Source: Octopus vulgaris
Lineage: Eukaryota
Direction of reading: 5' to 3'
DNA length: 64,000 bases
Assembly (NCBI GenBank): GCA_951406725.2
Contig: OX597821.1
Location: 34,286,001 to 34,350,000, forward strand
Below, piece after piece: positions 1-12,434 of this stretch (position 1 is its first letter; each line of letters begins with the position of its first letter). The notes under the pieces are model-generated. The model saw nothing but the letters and a program-made list of their open reading frames with translations, did no database searches and was not told where the DNA came from. Position numbers and translations under genes: made by a program.

Positions 1-191
1 TTTTTTTGAAATTTTATTTTAATAATGTGCAAAGAGTTCTATAGAATTTATGATTCAATATTATTTGAAGATAATTTTTATAAATTATTTTATTTTGGAA
101 ATTATTTTTATTTAAACAGAAATTGAATTCAATAACCTAAATGCAGTTAATAAATTTATGTTTATATATAAATCATGAACAAACACACATG

Positions 192-249
<58 letters not shown>

Positions 250-421
250 AATATACAAAGACACAAACAAATGTTTGTCTATGCATATATTTAAGAATAT
301 AAATATGTGTGTATGTTTGTGTCCATTAATATGAATATGGTCTTAATTATATACATTTAATGATATATAATATGTATATGTGTGTGTGTATATATACTTA
401 TGTATGTATGTATATAAATCA

Positions 422-486
<65 letters not shown>

Positions 487-976
487 CTATACATATACAT
501 ATATGTAAGGGTATGTACCAATGCTTGTATCAATTAGTAATCATATATACATATACACATACACACACACACACACATATACATATGTGTACGTGTGTGT
601 GTGTGTATTTATATATTTATATATATTTATATATGTATACACTCACACATATATATCTACTCTGCATATCTCGCCACCCAATATCTGTCTGTGTTTGGTC
701 TAGCCCTACACATGGTTATCTAGATTCTCGTTTCCAATGTGAATAGGAACTCATTTTCCTTTGTTAGATTGTTGGTTCTAATGGTCTCAATCCTTACACT
801 CTTTTTTTTAAACATTGATAAGATACACATGCATACACATCCAAACCCATATGCATCCAAATGCACATGCAGCAAAATGCAGACATAGAAATACCACACT
901 TTCTGTCCACGCATACTTATTACAGAAACACACACATACACACAGTGGGAATCACTCACACTCACATATCGCTTTT

Positions 977-1506
977 CATTGGACACTAAACTCTGCTTGT
1001 GAAGACCTGTTGGGGCAAGTGAAATCAGAATCGAAATTGAACCAATCCTATGACTGGCACCCGGCAGTTGCTAGTGCTGCTGGACTGACTCCTGTGCAGG
1101 TGGCAAGTAAAGAAACACTGTTTCGATCCTGTGCATGAGGAGACCTATTGAGTCAAGTACACCAACATCAAAAATCAATGGAAATTGTAGATGTGATCCC
1201 TGTGCTGGTGGTGCATAAAAAGCACCATCTGAACGTGGCCGATGCCAGCACCGCCTTGACTGGCTTCTGTGCTGGTGGCACGTAAAAAGCACCAATCCGA
1301 TCGTGGCCATTGCCAGCCTCGCCTAGCACGTAAAAAGCACCCACTATACTCAAGGAGTAGTTGGCGTTAGGAAGGGCATCCAGCTGTAGAAACACTGCCA
1401 GATCAAACTCGAGCCTGGTGCAGCCTTCTGGCTTCCCAAATCCCCGGTCGAACCATCCAACCCATGCTAGCATGGAGCACGGACGTTAAACGATGGTGAT
1501 GATGAT
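977..1506 (+). mobile_element. SINE-like retroposon family C (internal ~55-60 bp subrepeats, (GAT)n tail)
   Basis: Motif GGCGTTAGGAAGGGCATCCAGCTGTAGAAAC...CCCATGCTAGCATGG...GGACGTTAAACGATG(ATG)n recurs many times in the window; subrepeats contain GGCACGTAAAAAGCACC. Confidence 0.8.
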
Positions 1507-2120
1507 CATCATCTCTGTAAACAAACTAGCAACAATACACATATTTACATGTCAGACACACACATATTAGGCACATACATACAATTAAACTACACACACA
1601 TCTGTACATACAAGGCTCAGTCAGTAGAAATAAGAGCACAGTAACAGCCACAACACAACACAATACACATACATACACACACACATATGCACACGCATAC
1701 ATGTGCACACACATACATCTGCACACACGCACATGTGCACACATTCGCATGCGCACACATACACACATACACACTAATAAACGCACTAAAAATAACATGG
1801 AGATTTAAGTTTACATGGTGAACACATATACGCACACGTCATGGTTAAATAGCCATATATATATATATACAAACCCATATACACTCGGTTCTTAAAGATT
1901 AAACGCGTGTGCACACACACACACACACACACAGACATGCACACCCGCACGCACACATACATACTTTATGCACTGTTACTTCCCCTACAACACTTGTATG
2001 TAAGAAACTGCAACCCTTCTCAGTCACTTCCAATCATTTGATCTCTACCGTTTGCAACATGATATGCGACAACACTCCTCCCTCTGCTCATGTTCCTTCT
2101 TCAATCTCACATTGTAAAGA

Positions 2121-2723
2121 AGAATTTGAAGCATCCAATACACTTCCAGTTTCGTAATTCTTCATCTCTCCTTGGGCACTAAACTATAAATTAAACCTTG
2201 AATCCATGTTGCTATTTTCATAATTAATTTTGAGCTTATACCTGTGTGTGTGTGTGTGTGTGATTGTGTGCACATGCATGTGAGTATGTGTGTTTGCGTA
2301 CACATACATGTGTGTGTATGTGTATTTGGGTGTGTGTCATATGCTAACAACTTCAACAATCTCAGAGAGCCTGCCGAGTTCCTCAGCTCTATCTTTTCCT
2401 CCAGACCTAGCGAGTAAAAACATATACACAATAAGATACTTTGTCTGATATGCCAAGAATATGTCACACACACACACACACACAAACACATGCGCACATA
2501 CGACACACACCCAAATACACATACACACACATGTATGTGTACGCAAACACACATACTCACACACACACACATGCATGTGCACACAATCACACACACACAC
2601 AGGTATAAGTTCAAAATTAATTATGAAAATAGCAACATGGATTCAAGGTTTAATTTATAGTTTAGTGCACAAGGAGAGATGAAGAATTAAGAAACTGGAA
2701 GTGTATTGGATGCTTCAAACTCT
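2121..2723. repeat. Long inverted duplication (~220 bp arms, ~150 bp spacer)
   Basis: 2121-2343 (TTTGAAGCATCCAATACACTTCCAG...GTGTGTCATATG) is the reverse complement of ~2497-2723; paired ORFs on opposite strands end in the same peptides. Confidence 0.9.
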
Positions 2724-3044
2724 GTCAACACCCACAGAAAAGGCATGAGTGCAGAGAGAATATTCCAGAGGGAAAAGCTCTGGGGAGGAAAGAATGGGTT
2801 AGGAGTTAACAGGGAGCCTGGGGTGTAATGACAAGAGGTGGAGAGATTTATAGAATGTGGGTATTTGAATAGAGGAGGTAAAGGTAAAGTTACCATTTCA
2901 AGTCACACCAACTGGTTTCCTAGTTTCATGGTGTATGTATTCCCCACCTGGATAGGATGCTGGTCCATCGCAGGATTACTCATTTCTGCCAGCTGAGTGG
3001 ACTGGAGCAATGTAAAATGAAGTGTTTTGCTCAAGAACTTCATC

Positions 3045-3303
3045 TGAAAAGAAGCCCGTCGTATATATGTATATATATGCGTGTGTATGTTTGTGTGTCT
3101 GTGTTTGTCCCCCTAGCATTGCTTGACAACCGATGCTGGTGTGTTTATGTCCCCGTCACTTAGCAGTTCAGCAAAAGAGACCGATAGAATAAGTATTGTG
3201 CTTACAAAGAATAAGTCCCGGGGTCGATTTGCTCGATTAAAGGCGGTGCTCCAGCATGGCCACATTCAAATGACTGAAACAAGTAAAAGAGTAAAAAAAG
3301 AGA
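3045..3303 (+). mobile_element. SINE family A, 3' half
   Basis: GCTTGACAACCGATGCTGGTG...AAGGCGGTGCTCCAGCATGGCC...TGACTGAAACAAGTAAAAGAG tail. Confidence 0.85.
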
Positions 3304-3429
3304 GTACATATTTATATTTATATATATAAACTTAGTCATTGTTAATATCTAGACAGAATCCTGCTGCTGCTATTAGATTGTGTGTGTATAAATATAAATA
3401 TATATGTGTATGTATATATATATATATAT

Positions 3430-3745
3430 ATCACAATCAAGGAACGGCCATAATAGGCCATTCACCCACTAGAAATAACAGCCAAAGGCTTTAACCGCAA
3501 AATAACGTCAATTCCGTAAACCAGGAGAAAATTGAAAAACATTTTCTCCTGGTTTACGGAATTGACGTTATTTTGCGGTTAAAGCCTTTGGCTGTTATTT
3601 CTAGTGGGTGAATGGCCTATTATGGCCGTTCCTCGATTGTGATGTTGAACTTAAAAATGGTTTATGACTATTTAATTTTTTCCCACTAGGCCGCTGGTGG
3701 CAAAAGAATTCTACAAAATTTTTTTTGCCACCCTATATTGATTAA
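3430..3745. mobile_element. (TA)n-flanked asymmetric fold-back (103 bp arms, 8 nt loop), probable PLE terminal remnant
   Basis: 3430-3532 pairs with 3541-3643 with one mismatch; the right arm continues ~100 bp unpaired into the next (TA)n. Confidence 0.65.
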
Positions 3746-3961
3746 TTATATATATATATATATATATGAATAAAAAATGGAGTTAACGCAGGTTTAAACA
3801 AGTATTTTTACTTTCGACACATGTTTCGAAAATTCCACTGATACTAATTTTGCTGCCCTGGTAACTATTTATTTATTTTTCCGTGTTAATTGTTAACAAG
3901 GTAAAAATACACTTATCTATTTATATATATATATATATGCATGTATGTGTATGTATATATA

Positions 3962-5159
3962 CAGGATGTAGAGAATAAACTGTCATCTAAATTACGCAAA
4001 AATGAAAATAACACCGACATCTCATTCTAACTTGTATATTTACCAAAATTACACAAAAATATCTTGAAATATTAAAGAGTAAATTTATTCAATAAAATTG
4101 CCATTGGCTTCAACCACATCTTCCAGATGACTTTGGAATCTCCTGCAACTCATCTAGATGGTCACCTTGTCTAAGTTGATGAATGCTGCCATAATACTTG
4201 CTTTCAGTTCATCTTTGGTGTTACAAGGAGTTTTGTTGGTCTCTCACTCAACTATGCTCCACATATAATAATCATGGGGTTTGCACTATGGGGGGTTTAG
4301 GTGGCCAGATGTTAAGGGTGATATGATCATAGAAATTGTTTGACAACCAGGATTGGGTTCTCCTGCTTGTATGGTATGGTGCAGAGTCCTGTTGCCAGAC
4401 ATAGAGTCTTCCAGCAACCACCCTGTTGACCCAGGGCAGCACTACCTCCTTCAGGCACTTGATGTAGACCTCTGTGTTGAGTCTGAGGCCATGTGGGAAA
4501 AATGAATGGAGGCATAATGTAGCCATCACTAGTGATCACTCCAAACACCATGATATTCACTGAATGTTTGATTTTTATCACTCTCAGTACATGTTTTGGG
4601 GACATGGCAAGCCAATGGTATGGTTGTTCTGTGTGTTCACCATCTGTGTGATCCTGGCAGAAATTTTTCTCATCTGAGAAAAACCAAAGCATGTTCAGTT
4701 GGTGAAAATGCTTGAGTTAGTTCAAAAGTTTCATAGCGTGGTCTTTTCTCTCTTGCCCCTGATGGCTTGGAATAAAAATTGGCCTTTTCTCATCTTGTAT
4801 GAGGAATACCAAGGAATGTCAGGAGTTCTATTCTTATAAGAATGATGAGAGTGAGTTTTCTGAGCTGCCATAGCTTCATAATCACCATTAGACCCATCCA
4901 ACACTTTCTGCATCTTCTGAACTCTCCTCAGATTGACACCCAAACACTTAAATGTTCATATTGGAGCTTCCAGGGCAAATGCCAAGCAGTACAGCATGTC
5001 ATTTGAAAATTTCTGGCAGAGTGATTTGTGTCATGGTGCTGTTTTTCTCATAGATGGTGCCCAACCGACCCTACCATACTGTGTAGTTGACAATATCAAA
5101 CAATGCGCATGCGCAAAATTAAAAATATAAAATGGCGAAAATTCCCCCATCACACCCTA
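3962..5159 (-). mobile_element. Decayed Tc1/mariner transposon, maT (DD37D)-like
   Basis: Frameshifted peptides WFFSDEKNF, IMVFGVITSDG and YVWQQDSAPYHTS...IWPP; reconstructed D-D spacing about 37; TA-flanked CAGG ends. Confidence 0.85.
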
Positions 5160-5180
5160 TATAAGTATGTATGTACAATA

Positions 5181-5211
<31 letters not shown>

Positions 5212-5987
5212 CTGTGTGTGTGTGTGTGTGTGTCTGTGTGTGTGTGCATATGTGTGTGTTCAACTCACATAGCTCACTGTAACAGAGAAAACAAAACAAA
5301 AAATAATATATGCAAAATGGAAAAATGAATAAAGAACAAGTAAATTTTACAAACATTTAAAAAAAAAAAGAAAATGAGACAAAAAAAACAATTAGAAATA
5401 AAAAAAAAATGAAACAGCTCTCAAAAACAACAATAAAAACATACAAAAAAAAATAGAAAATCAAATGAATAGTTTGGCAATTCTGTTACTCAAAGACATT
5501 ATAAAGATGTGATCCATTGGCTAATTATGAAATTTGTGTATGCCAGTTGCATGTATTTCTACATCAGTGCATAAATTTAATAGGTTTTTGACAATAAGGT
5601 AAATTGTAATTTTGTAATTGTTATGCTCATGTTTCTTTCATCTTAACTTGTGATTTTCCATTAAAAATTTAATTAATGCGTATTTGAGTGTGTGAGCGTG
5701 TGTATGTAGGTGTGTGTGTGCATTTATTCATATGTGTATTTTTATATATATATGTATGTACATATACATGTGTGTGTGTATGTGTGTATGTATGTGTGTT
5801 TGTGTGTGTACATATATACATATATTTTTATGTATGTATGTATGTATATATTTATGCAGGTATGTATGTACACGCACACACACACCTATGTACACACACA
5901 CACACCTATGTATGTGCCTATATATATATATATGCTCCATAATTTTCAGACTGGAAACCATGACACAGTATATGGGTTAAATATAGA

Positions 5988-6201
5988 TTTCAAATTTTGG
6001 CACAAGGCCCACAGTTTCAAGGGAGGGGTTAAGTTGATTACATCGACTCCAGGTGTTCAACTGGTACTTATTTTATTGACCCCCCAAAAGGGTGAAAGGC
6101 AATGTCAACCTCGGTGGAATTTGAACTCAGAGCATGAAGATTGATGAAATGCCGCTAAGCATTTCGCCCAGCGTGCAAACAATTCTGCCAGCTTGCCACC
6201 T
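5988..6201 (-). mobile_element. SINE family B (tRNA-like head, GCCTTTCATCCTTTCGGGGTCGATAA-type central domain)
   Basis: Reverse-complement match to the + strand copies at 45745, 46929 and 62188. Confidence 0.8.
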
Positions 6202-6304
6202 TAAATGGGTTAAATAACAAAGAGAGACTGAGTCCCTCTCCACACTGGACCAGAAAGTCTGGTTGATGGTTTTCTTTTTTTTTTTTTTTATTATTGTGCA
6301 TATA

Positions 6305-6465
6305 GGCACAGGAGAGGCTGTGTGGTGAGTAGCTTGTTTACTGACCACATAGTTCCGGGTTCAGTCCCACTGTGTGGCAACTTGGGAAAGTGTCTTCTAC
6401 TATAGCTTCAGGCTGACCAAAACTTTGTGAGTGGATTTGGTAGACAGAAACTGAAAGAAGCTAGT

Positions 6466-6499
<34 letters not shown>

Positions 6500-6720
6500 G
6501 TGTGTGTGTGTCTGTATATGTTTGTGCATCTGTGTTTGTCCCCCAACATCACTTGACAACCAATGCTGGTGTGTTTACATCCCTGTAACTTAGCAGTTTG
6601 GCAAAACAAACTGATAGAATAAGTACAAGGCTCACAATGAATAAGTCCTGGGGTCAGTTTGCTTGAGGAAAGGTGGTGCTCCAGCATGGCTGCAGTCAAA
6701 TGACTGAATCAAGTAAATGA
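6305..6720 (+). mobile_element. SINE family A, full length
   Basis: tRNA-like head GGCTGTGTGGTGAGTAGC...GGTTCAGTCCC, internal (TA)/(TG) tract, CR1-type tail. Confidence 0.9.
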
Positions 6721-6819
6721 GTATTAACATAATTGCATATTTTCCTTTATATGACAGCAACTCCTGACATGTACTGAAGTGATGCATGTGAGCTGACAAG
6801 GTGTGCAATTTGTGTTATA

Positions 6820-7220
6820 GACATAGGAGTGGCTGTATGGTAAGTAGCTTGCTTACCAACCACATGGTTCCGGATTCAGTCCCACTGTGTGGCATCTTGG
6901 GCAAGTGTCTTCTACTATAGCGTTGGGTCGACCTAAGCCTTGTGAGTGGATTTGGTAGATGGAAACTGAAAGAAGCCTGTCGTATATATGTATGAATGTG
7001 CATAGGTTTGTGTGTCTGTTTGTCCCCCCAACATTGCTTGACAACCGATGCTGGTGTGTTTACGTCCCTGTGACTTAGCGGTTCGGCAAGGGAGACCGAT
7101 AGAATAAGTACTAGGCTTACAAAGCATAAGTTCTGGGGGCGATTTGCTCAACTAAAGGCGGTGCTCCAGCATGGCCACACTCAAATGACTGAAATAAGTA
7201 AAAGAGTAAAGAGTAAAGAG
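6820..7220 (+). mobile_element. SINE family A, full length
   Basis: Same architecture, (GAGTAAA)n tail. Confidence 0.9.
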
Positions 7221-7274
7221 TGAGTAACCACTCAAAAGTTTATGAGTCAAAATAATGAACAGATTAAAACCGAC

Positions 7275-7474
7275 ACTCTTTTACTTGTTTCAGTCATTTG
7301 ACTGTGACCATGCTGGAGCACCACCTTTATTTGAGCAAATCGACCCCAGGACTTATTCTTTGTAAGCCTAGTACTTATTCTATCGGCCTCTTTTGCTGAA
7401 CTGCTAAGTGACGGGGACGTAAACACACCAGCATCGGTTGTCAAGCGATGTTGGGTGGACAAACACAGACACAA

Positions 7475-7541
<67 letters not shown>

Positions 7542-7637
7542 CACTATGGGCTTCTTTCAGTTTCCGTCTACCGAATCTACTCACAAGACTTTTGTTGGCC
7601 CGAGGCTATAGTAGAAGACACTTGCCCAAGGTGCCAC
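7275..7637 (-). mobile_element. SINE family A, 5'-truncated
   Basis: Reverse complement of family A; tail-to-tail with the 6820-7220 copy. Confidence 0.9.
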
Positions 7638-7644
7638 TCATGTA

Positions 7645-8123
7645 TGCCTGAGAATTTGAAAAAGAAGCAACCCAGGCTAGTGAATAGAGATGGTCCAATT
7701 TTGCTCCACAACAATGCATGTCCTCTCCCTCTTCATGATACGGTCCAAAAAGTTGCAAAGCCTGAATTATGAAATTTTGCAACATCCTCCCTATTCCCTT
7801 GATATCCCTTCTACTGATCAACACTTATTCAAGCATTTTGAGATTTTCATAAGCAATAAACCATGCTAGCATGGAAAGCGGACACTAAATGATGATAATG
7901 ATGATGATGAATAAAACATTTTTAAATAGAGAAGAGGTAATTGAAGCATTCGGACAGTTTATTGCAGCAAAAGATGAATTTTTGTTTTAAGATGGAATAT
8001 ATGATATAGAGAAACGATGCGTAAACGTCATAAATGAACATGGATCATACTTCGATTAAATAAATTAGTTCTTTAACACTTCTGAAACCTTTCAAATACG
8101 ACATTCCATGTGAAACAATCTAA
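7645..8123 (+). mobile_element. Mariner (DD34D-type) 3' fossil, interrupted by a family C tail at ~7860-7910
   Basis: Peptides LVNRDGPILLHNNACP and YEILQHPPYSLDIPSTDQHLFKHF; ends in TIR-like GAAACAATCTAATA. Confidence 0.75.
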
Positions 8124-8620
8124 TATATATACATACATATGTATGTATGTATGTATGTATGCATGCATGTATGTATGTATGTATGTATGTATGTATGTAT
8201 GTATGTATGTATGTATGTATGCATGCATGTATGCATGCATGTATGCTTGCATGTATATACACACACACACACACACAAACATATATACAACTGTGCATAA
8301 TTAGAATACAGTGAACAGAATAAAAACTATGTTTATACATAAAATCATTATTCAGTTCGTTTAGGAAATTTGAAAGAAGTCAATTAGTAAAATGTTTGGA
8401 GGTAAATTGAAACTAAGAAAAACAAACTAGCTGGAAAGGTAAACATAAATAAAATCCATTTTTATTTTCTTCTCTGATCTTGAAGCAGAGTTGTTGTTAT
8501 TGTTGTAATAAGAACATGGTGAGAAACAATCTACCTTTAACGAGATGTTATATTGCTCATGAAGAACAATTTAAACAAAGAAGTGAAACTGTTGTTAGAG
8601 AGAAGAGAATAAATGTATAT

Positions 8621-9133
8621 ACAGGGTGTCCCAAAAGTCACTGATGGGTTTCAATTTTTAACAACTTTGCAAATAAATGCATGAAATCTTGATACAATAT
8701 AAAGGACATAATGGAAATTAATATGCACTTGTCAAATTTTGCAACACCCCCTACATCACATATGAAAAATGACGTTGCTTAAATGGCAGCCATTTTCTGC
8801 TTCACACGTCCATGTTCTTTCCAAAACTTGCACCAGAACACTCTCGAGAATTTCAGACCCCACTTCTTTGATTTCTCTATTGATGTTCTCCTTCAGTTGC
8901 ACCAGGGTCTCTGGTTTGTTGTTTGTTGATGTAAACCCTCTCTTTCAGGTATCTCCACAAGAAAAAATCTGGCTAATCAAGTCTAGGGACTGTGAAGGCC
9001 ATTCAAAGTAGACCTTACATATGGTTCCAGCAAGATGGGGCAACTGCTCATACAGTAAGAGAAACAATGAAGTTGCTATGGCAATGCTTTGGAAGGAGAA
9101 CAATCTCTTGCTATGGCAACATCAACTGGCCTG
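8621..9133. mobile_element. Tc1/mariner rosa-like (DD41D) fragments in divergent orientation
   Basis: TA-CAGGGTGTCCCAAAAGT end; minus-strand WPSQSLDL...NKPETLVQLKENI...AENGCHLSNVIF; plus-strand WFQQDGATAHT...ISCYGNINWP. Confidence 0.7.
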
Positions 9134-9389
9134 AAAGAGCTCTACGGGGAGCATGCCCTTACTTACCCCCGACCTCAGTTTCTACACATGAGTGGTCCCA
9201 AAGACCAAGGCCTCTACCTCGATTTCTAAAAAATGTAATGGAAATCTAGCTTAAGAAAGCAGGGATGCTATACTCTGAGACCCCTTTCAGAGTCTCTCCT
9301 ACCTAAATATAATATATTTATATTAAATGGCGGTGCCCCAGCATGGCCACAGCTCATGAGCTGAAACTAGAATCAATCAATCAATCATA

Positions 9390-9570
9390 GTTCAAATTTA
9401 CAGAAAACGAAAGATGAAGACAGGTGAGGGAACAACAAGCAGGTGTATTAGTTTGACACTCAGGAAGAATGGAAAGATCTTTGATGTTTTGAGCCAACAC
9501 TCTTCAAAAAAAAAAAGAAAAATGAAGAGAGAATGAAAAAAATGTGTAGGGATTAATGGCCCAACATGAT
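9390..9570 (-). mobile_element. Decayed PLE-like terminal repeat related to 46290-46484
   Basis: Shares GAAGACAGGTG...TGTATTAGT...CACTCAGGAA...GAGCC...CTCTTC; the hammerhead core is destroyed. Confidence 0.55.
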
Positions 9571-9846
9571 GAAATGACCCAACAACAGACTTCTTTTAGT
9601 TTGTATCTACCAAATCTACTCACAAGACTTTGGTAAGCCGGAGGGTAGGCTATAGTAGAAGACACTTTTCCAAGATGTCATGCAGTGGGACTGAACACAG
9701 AAGTATGTAGTTAGAAGAAAACTTCCTACCATACAGCAACACCTGTATAGTAGGAAGTTACACACACACACACACACATATATATATACACATACATATA
9801 TAAACATTTATATATACATACATATATACATATAGAAGTACATATA

Positions 9847-9912
<66 letters not shown>

Positions 9913-9940
9913 CTGTATGTATGAGTATGTATATATATGT

Positions 9941-10248
9941 GGAGGCGCAATGGCCCTGTGGTTAGGGCAGTGGACTCGTGGTCGTAGGATCGCTGTTTCG
10001 ATTCCCAGACTGAGTGTTGAGAGTGTTTATTGAGCGAAAACACCTAAAGCTCCACGAGGCTCTAGCAGAGGGTGGTGGCAATCCCTGCTGTACTCTTTCA
10101 CCATAACTTTCTTTCACTCTTTCTTCTGTTGGCCTGCTCACTTAGCCAGCAGGGTGGCGTCATTTGAAGACTAAAACAATGCGAAGCGCATTGTGACCAG
10201 CGATGTGTAGCTACAACTGATAGCCTGGTCGATCACGTGATCATGTGA
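9941..10248 (+). mobile_element. SINE family D (tRNA-derived)
   Basis: GGAGGCGCAATGGCC...GTGGTTAGGGCAG (A box), GTTTCGATTCCC (B box); copies at 21532 and 38582. Confidence 0.85.
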
Positions 10249-10320
10249 TGTATATATATATGTGCACACACACACATATATATATATGTATATATGTATG
10301 TATGTATATATATGTATATA

Positions 10321-10740
10321 TATAAAAAATTAGAAAAAAACACCTTTTATCAATTCAAAATGAACAATTAAATTACCCCATCTAGAAAATTACATATAAT
10401 TTAAATTAAAATAACAATAAAATGTAAAGAATAAGTAAATTGCAAAAATAATAATAAAAACGTATATAATTGGTATTTTATTATTTTTATTATTATATTA
10501 TTATATTATTATTTTTGCAATTTACTTATTTTTTACATTTTATTGTTATTTTAATTGTAACTTTTCTATTATATGTAATTTTCTAGATGGTGTAATTTAA
10601 TTGTTCATTTTGAATTGATAAAAGGTGGTTTTTTTCTAATTTTATATTTATATATTATATTATGTGAAATTTGATTTAGTATTTCTAAATTGAATTTTTT
10701 CCTTGTAAATTTGGATTTTATTCCCTCAAATAATAATTAT
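10321..10740. mobile_element. (TA)n-flanked asymmetric fold-back, probable PLE terminal remnant
   Basis: 10321-10455 is inverted at ~10506-10646; the unpaired end 10680-10740 recurs reverse-complemented at 28290-28350. Confidence 0.6.
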
Positions 10741-10754
10741 ATGTATATATGTAT

Positions 10755-10994
10755 ATGAAAAAAAAACATTGAATAAAAGGGAAGTTACTCTAATAGGCAT
10801 GAAAAAATATAAAAGATATAAAATATGAAAAATAAAAAAATTATAAAAAATACATGCAACTACATTCTCACAGTATAAGGTTTCTATCTATTATGAAAAT
10901 GTGGTTGTGTGTATTTTTTATAATTTATAACTTTTATATTTCTTTATGCCTATTAGAATAACTTCTCTTTCATTCAATGGGTTTTTTTTTCATA
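10755..10994. mobile_element. Fold-back element; Helitron-free paralogue of the 12434-15080 element
   Basis: Arms CATTGAATAAAAGGGAAGTTACTCTAATAGGCAT and their complement; same core as 12540-12603 plus 14788-14975. Confidence 0.8.
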
Positions 10995-11543
10995 AATATA
11001 TATACACACACACACACACACATACACACACTCACACACACGTATTCTTGTTTGTCTAATAAATTAGTTATTTCATTGTCACCACCATGCATATCATTGT
11101 TACTCTTGCGAGTGTATCATTCATTCTTGCTGTTATTGCTATTCTCCTTCAGCTAGCAGAGCTCACATCTGTTAGACAGGTACATAACCTAGCATATCTC
11201 TTATTTTTATCTTGAATCCTGTGTTATATCATGTGTAACATCTGTGACTGTCTATCATCACCAATTGTTTCAAGCGTTGCCTCATGTCATTTGGAGATTG
11301 CAAATATCTCAACAGATAATCTCTGTGAAATGACGGTATCGATTTTATATTTCGTTTGTACATATGTATTTATGAACTCTTGTGTGTCTGTATGCATGCA
11401 TGCATGTATGTATTAATGTAGGAAAATATATATGTATGCATATATTGAAATGTGTACTTATCATTTTATGTATGTAACATGTTTGCATGCATGTATGTAT
11501 CTATGCATGTCTGTATATATATATATATATATATATATACAAT

Positions 11544-11831
11544 TGCAGTGTGGAAGGTGTTTGTAAGCCATTTAAGAAACACAAAAGTCGTTTGATTCAC
11601 TTCAACATTTAAGTTAAATTTTTCAAAATGCAGCACGGATTTTTGTCAGTGAACAGGTCGCGGATTTTAGCGACGAAAATATTTTGACAAATTAAACTTA
11701 AATGTTGAAGTGAATCGAACGACTTTTGTGTGTTTCTTAAATGGCTTACAAACACCTTCCACACTGCATTTGTTTTCGTTTCAGCACACGATCTCAGATC
11801 AAATTACTTGCTATGCGAGTACATCTCCGTA
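11544..11831 (+). mobile_element. PLE-like fold-back terminal repeat in (TA)n
   Basis: 11544-11629 is inverted at ~11681-11768; unpaired 3' end runs to 11831; second copy at 13975-14297. Confidence 0.75.
11642..11691 (+). ncRNA. Minimal type I hammerhead ribozyme fold, G3-C8 core variant
   Basis: Stem I TTTGTCA/TGACAAA, core GTGAACA-G, stem II GTCGC/GCGAC, GAAA, palindromic stem III AATATT, UUU site. Confidence 0.7.
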
Positions 11832-12240
11832 ATATATATATATATATATTTGAAGATATGCATGTTTGTGTGTATGTATATATGTATATATATATAAACA
11901 TACATGTGTCTATGTATATGTATGTGCATGTGTGTGTGTGTGTGTGTGTATGTACATTTGTATATGTTTCTGTATATACATGTGTATAAATTTTTGTATG
12001 CATGGATATGCGGATTTGTGTGTGTATTTTTAATTATTCGAAATCTTTCAGTTAGGAAGGAGTTGGTTTCTTACAAAGTTCAATCATTGGAATACAAATA
12101 ACAAAAACAGTGTCAGATTTTAAACAAATTTTTCACTAATGGCAAAAGAGATGGCCTCTACGAAGAAACAAAGCTTTTACATTGGGAGTTAGACATCAAT
12201 GGGTTAGCTATGCATGTGTGTATGTATGTATGCATGTATG

Positions 12241-12271
<31 letters not shown>

Positions 12272-12331
12272 TTGTGTATGTATGTATGCATACATATGTT
12301 TGCATGCATAATGCATGCATGTATGAATATA

Positions 12332-12434
<103 letters not shown>

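Noticed and set aside
11153-11335. Possible short exons (11153-11179 and 11274-11335)
   Set aside because: Splice-like motifs only, weak donors, no recognisable peptide.
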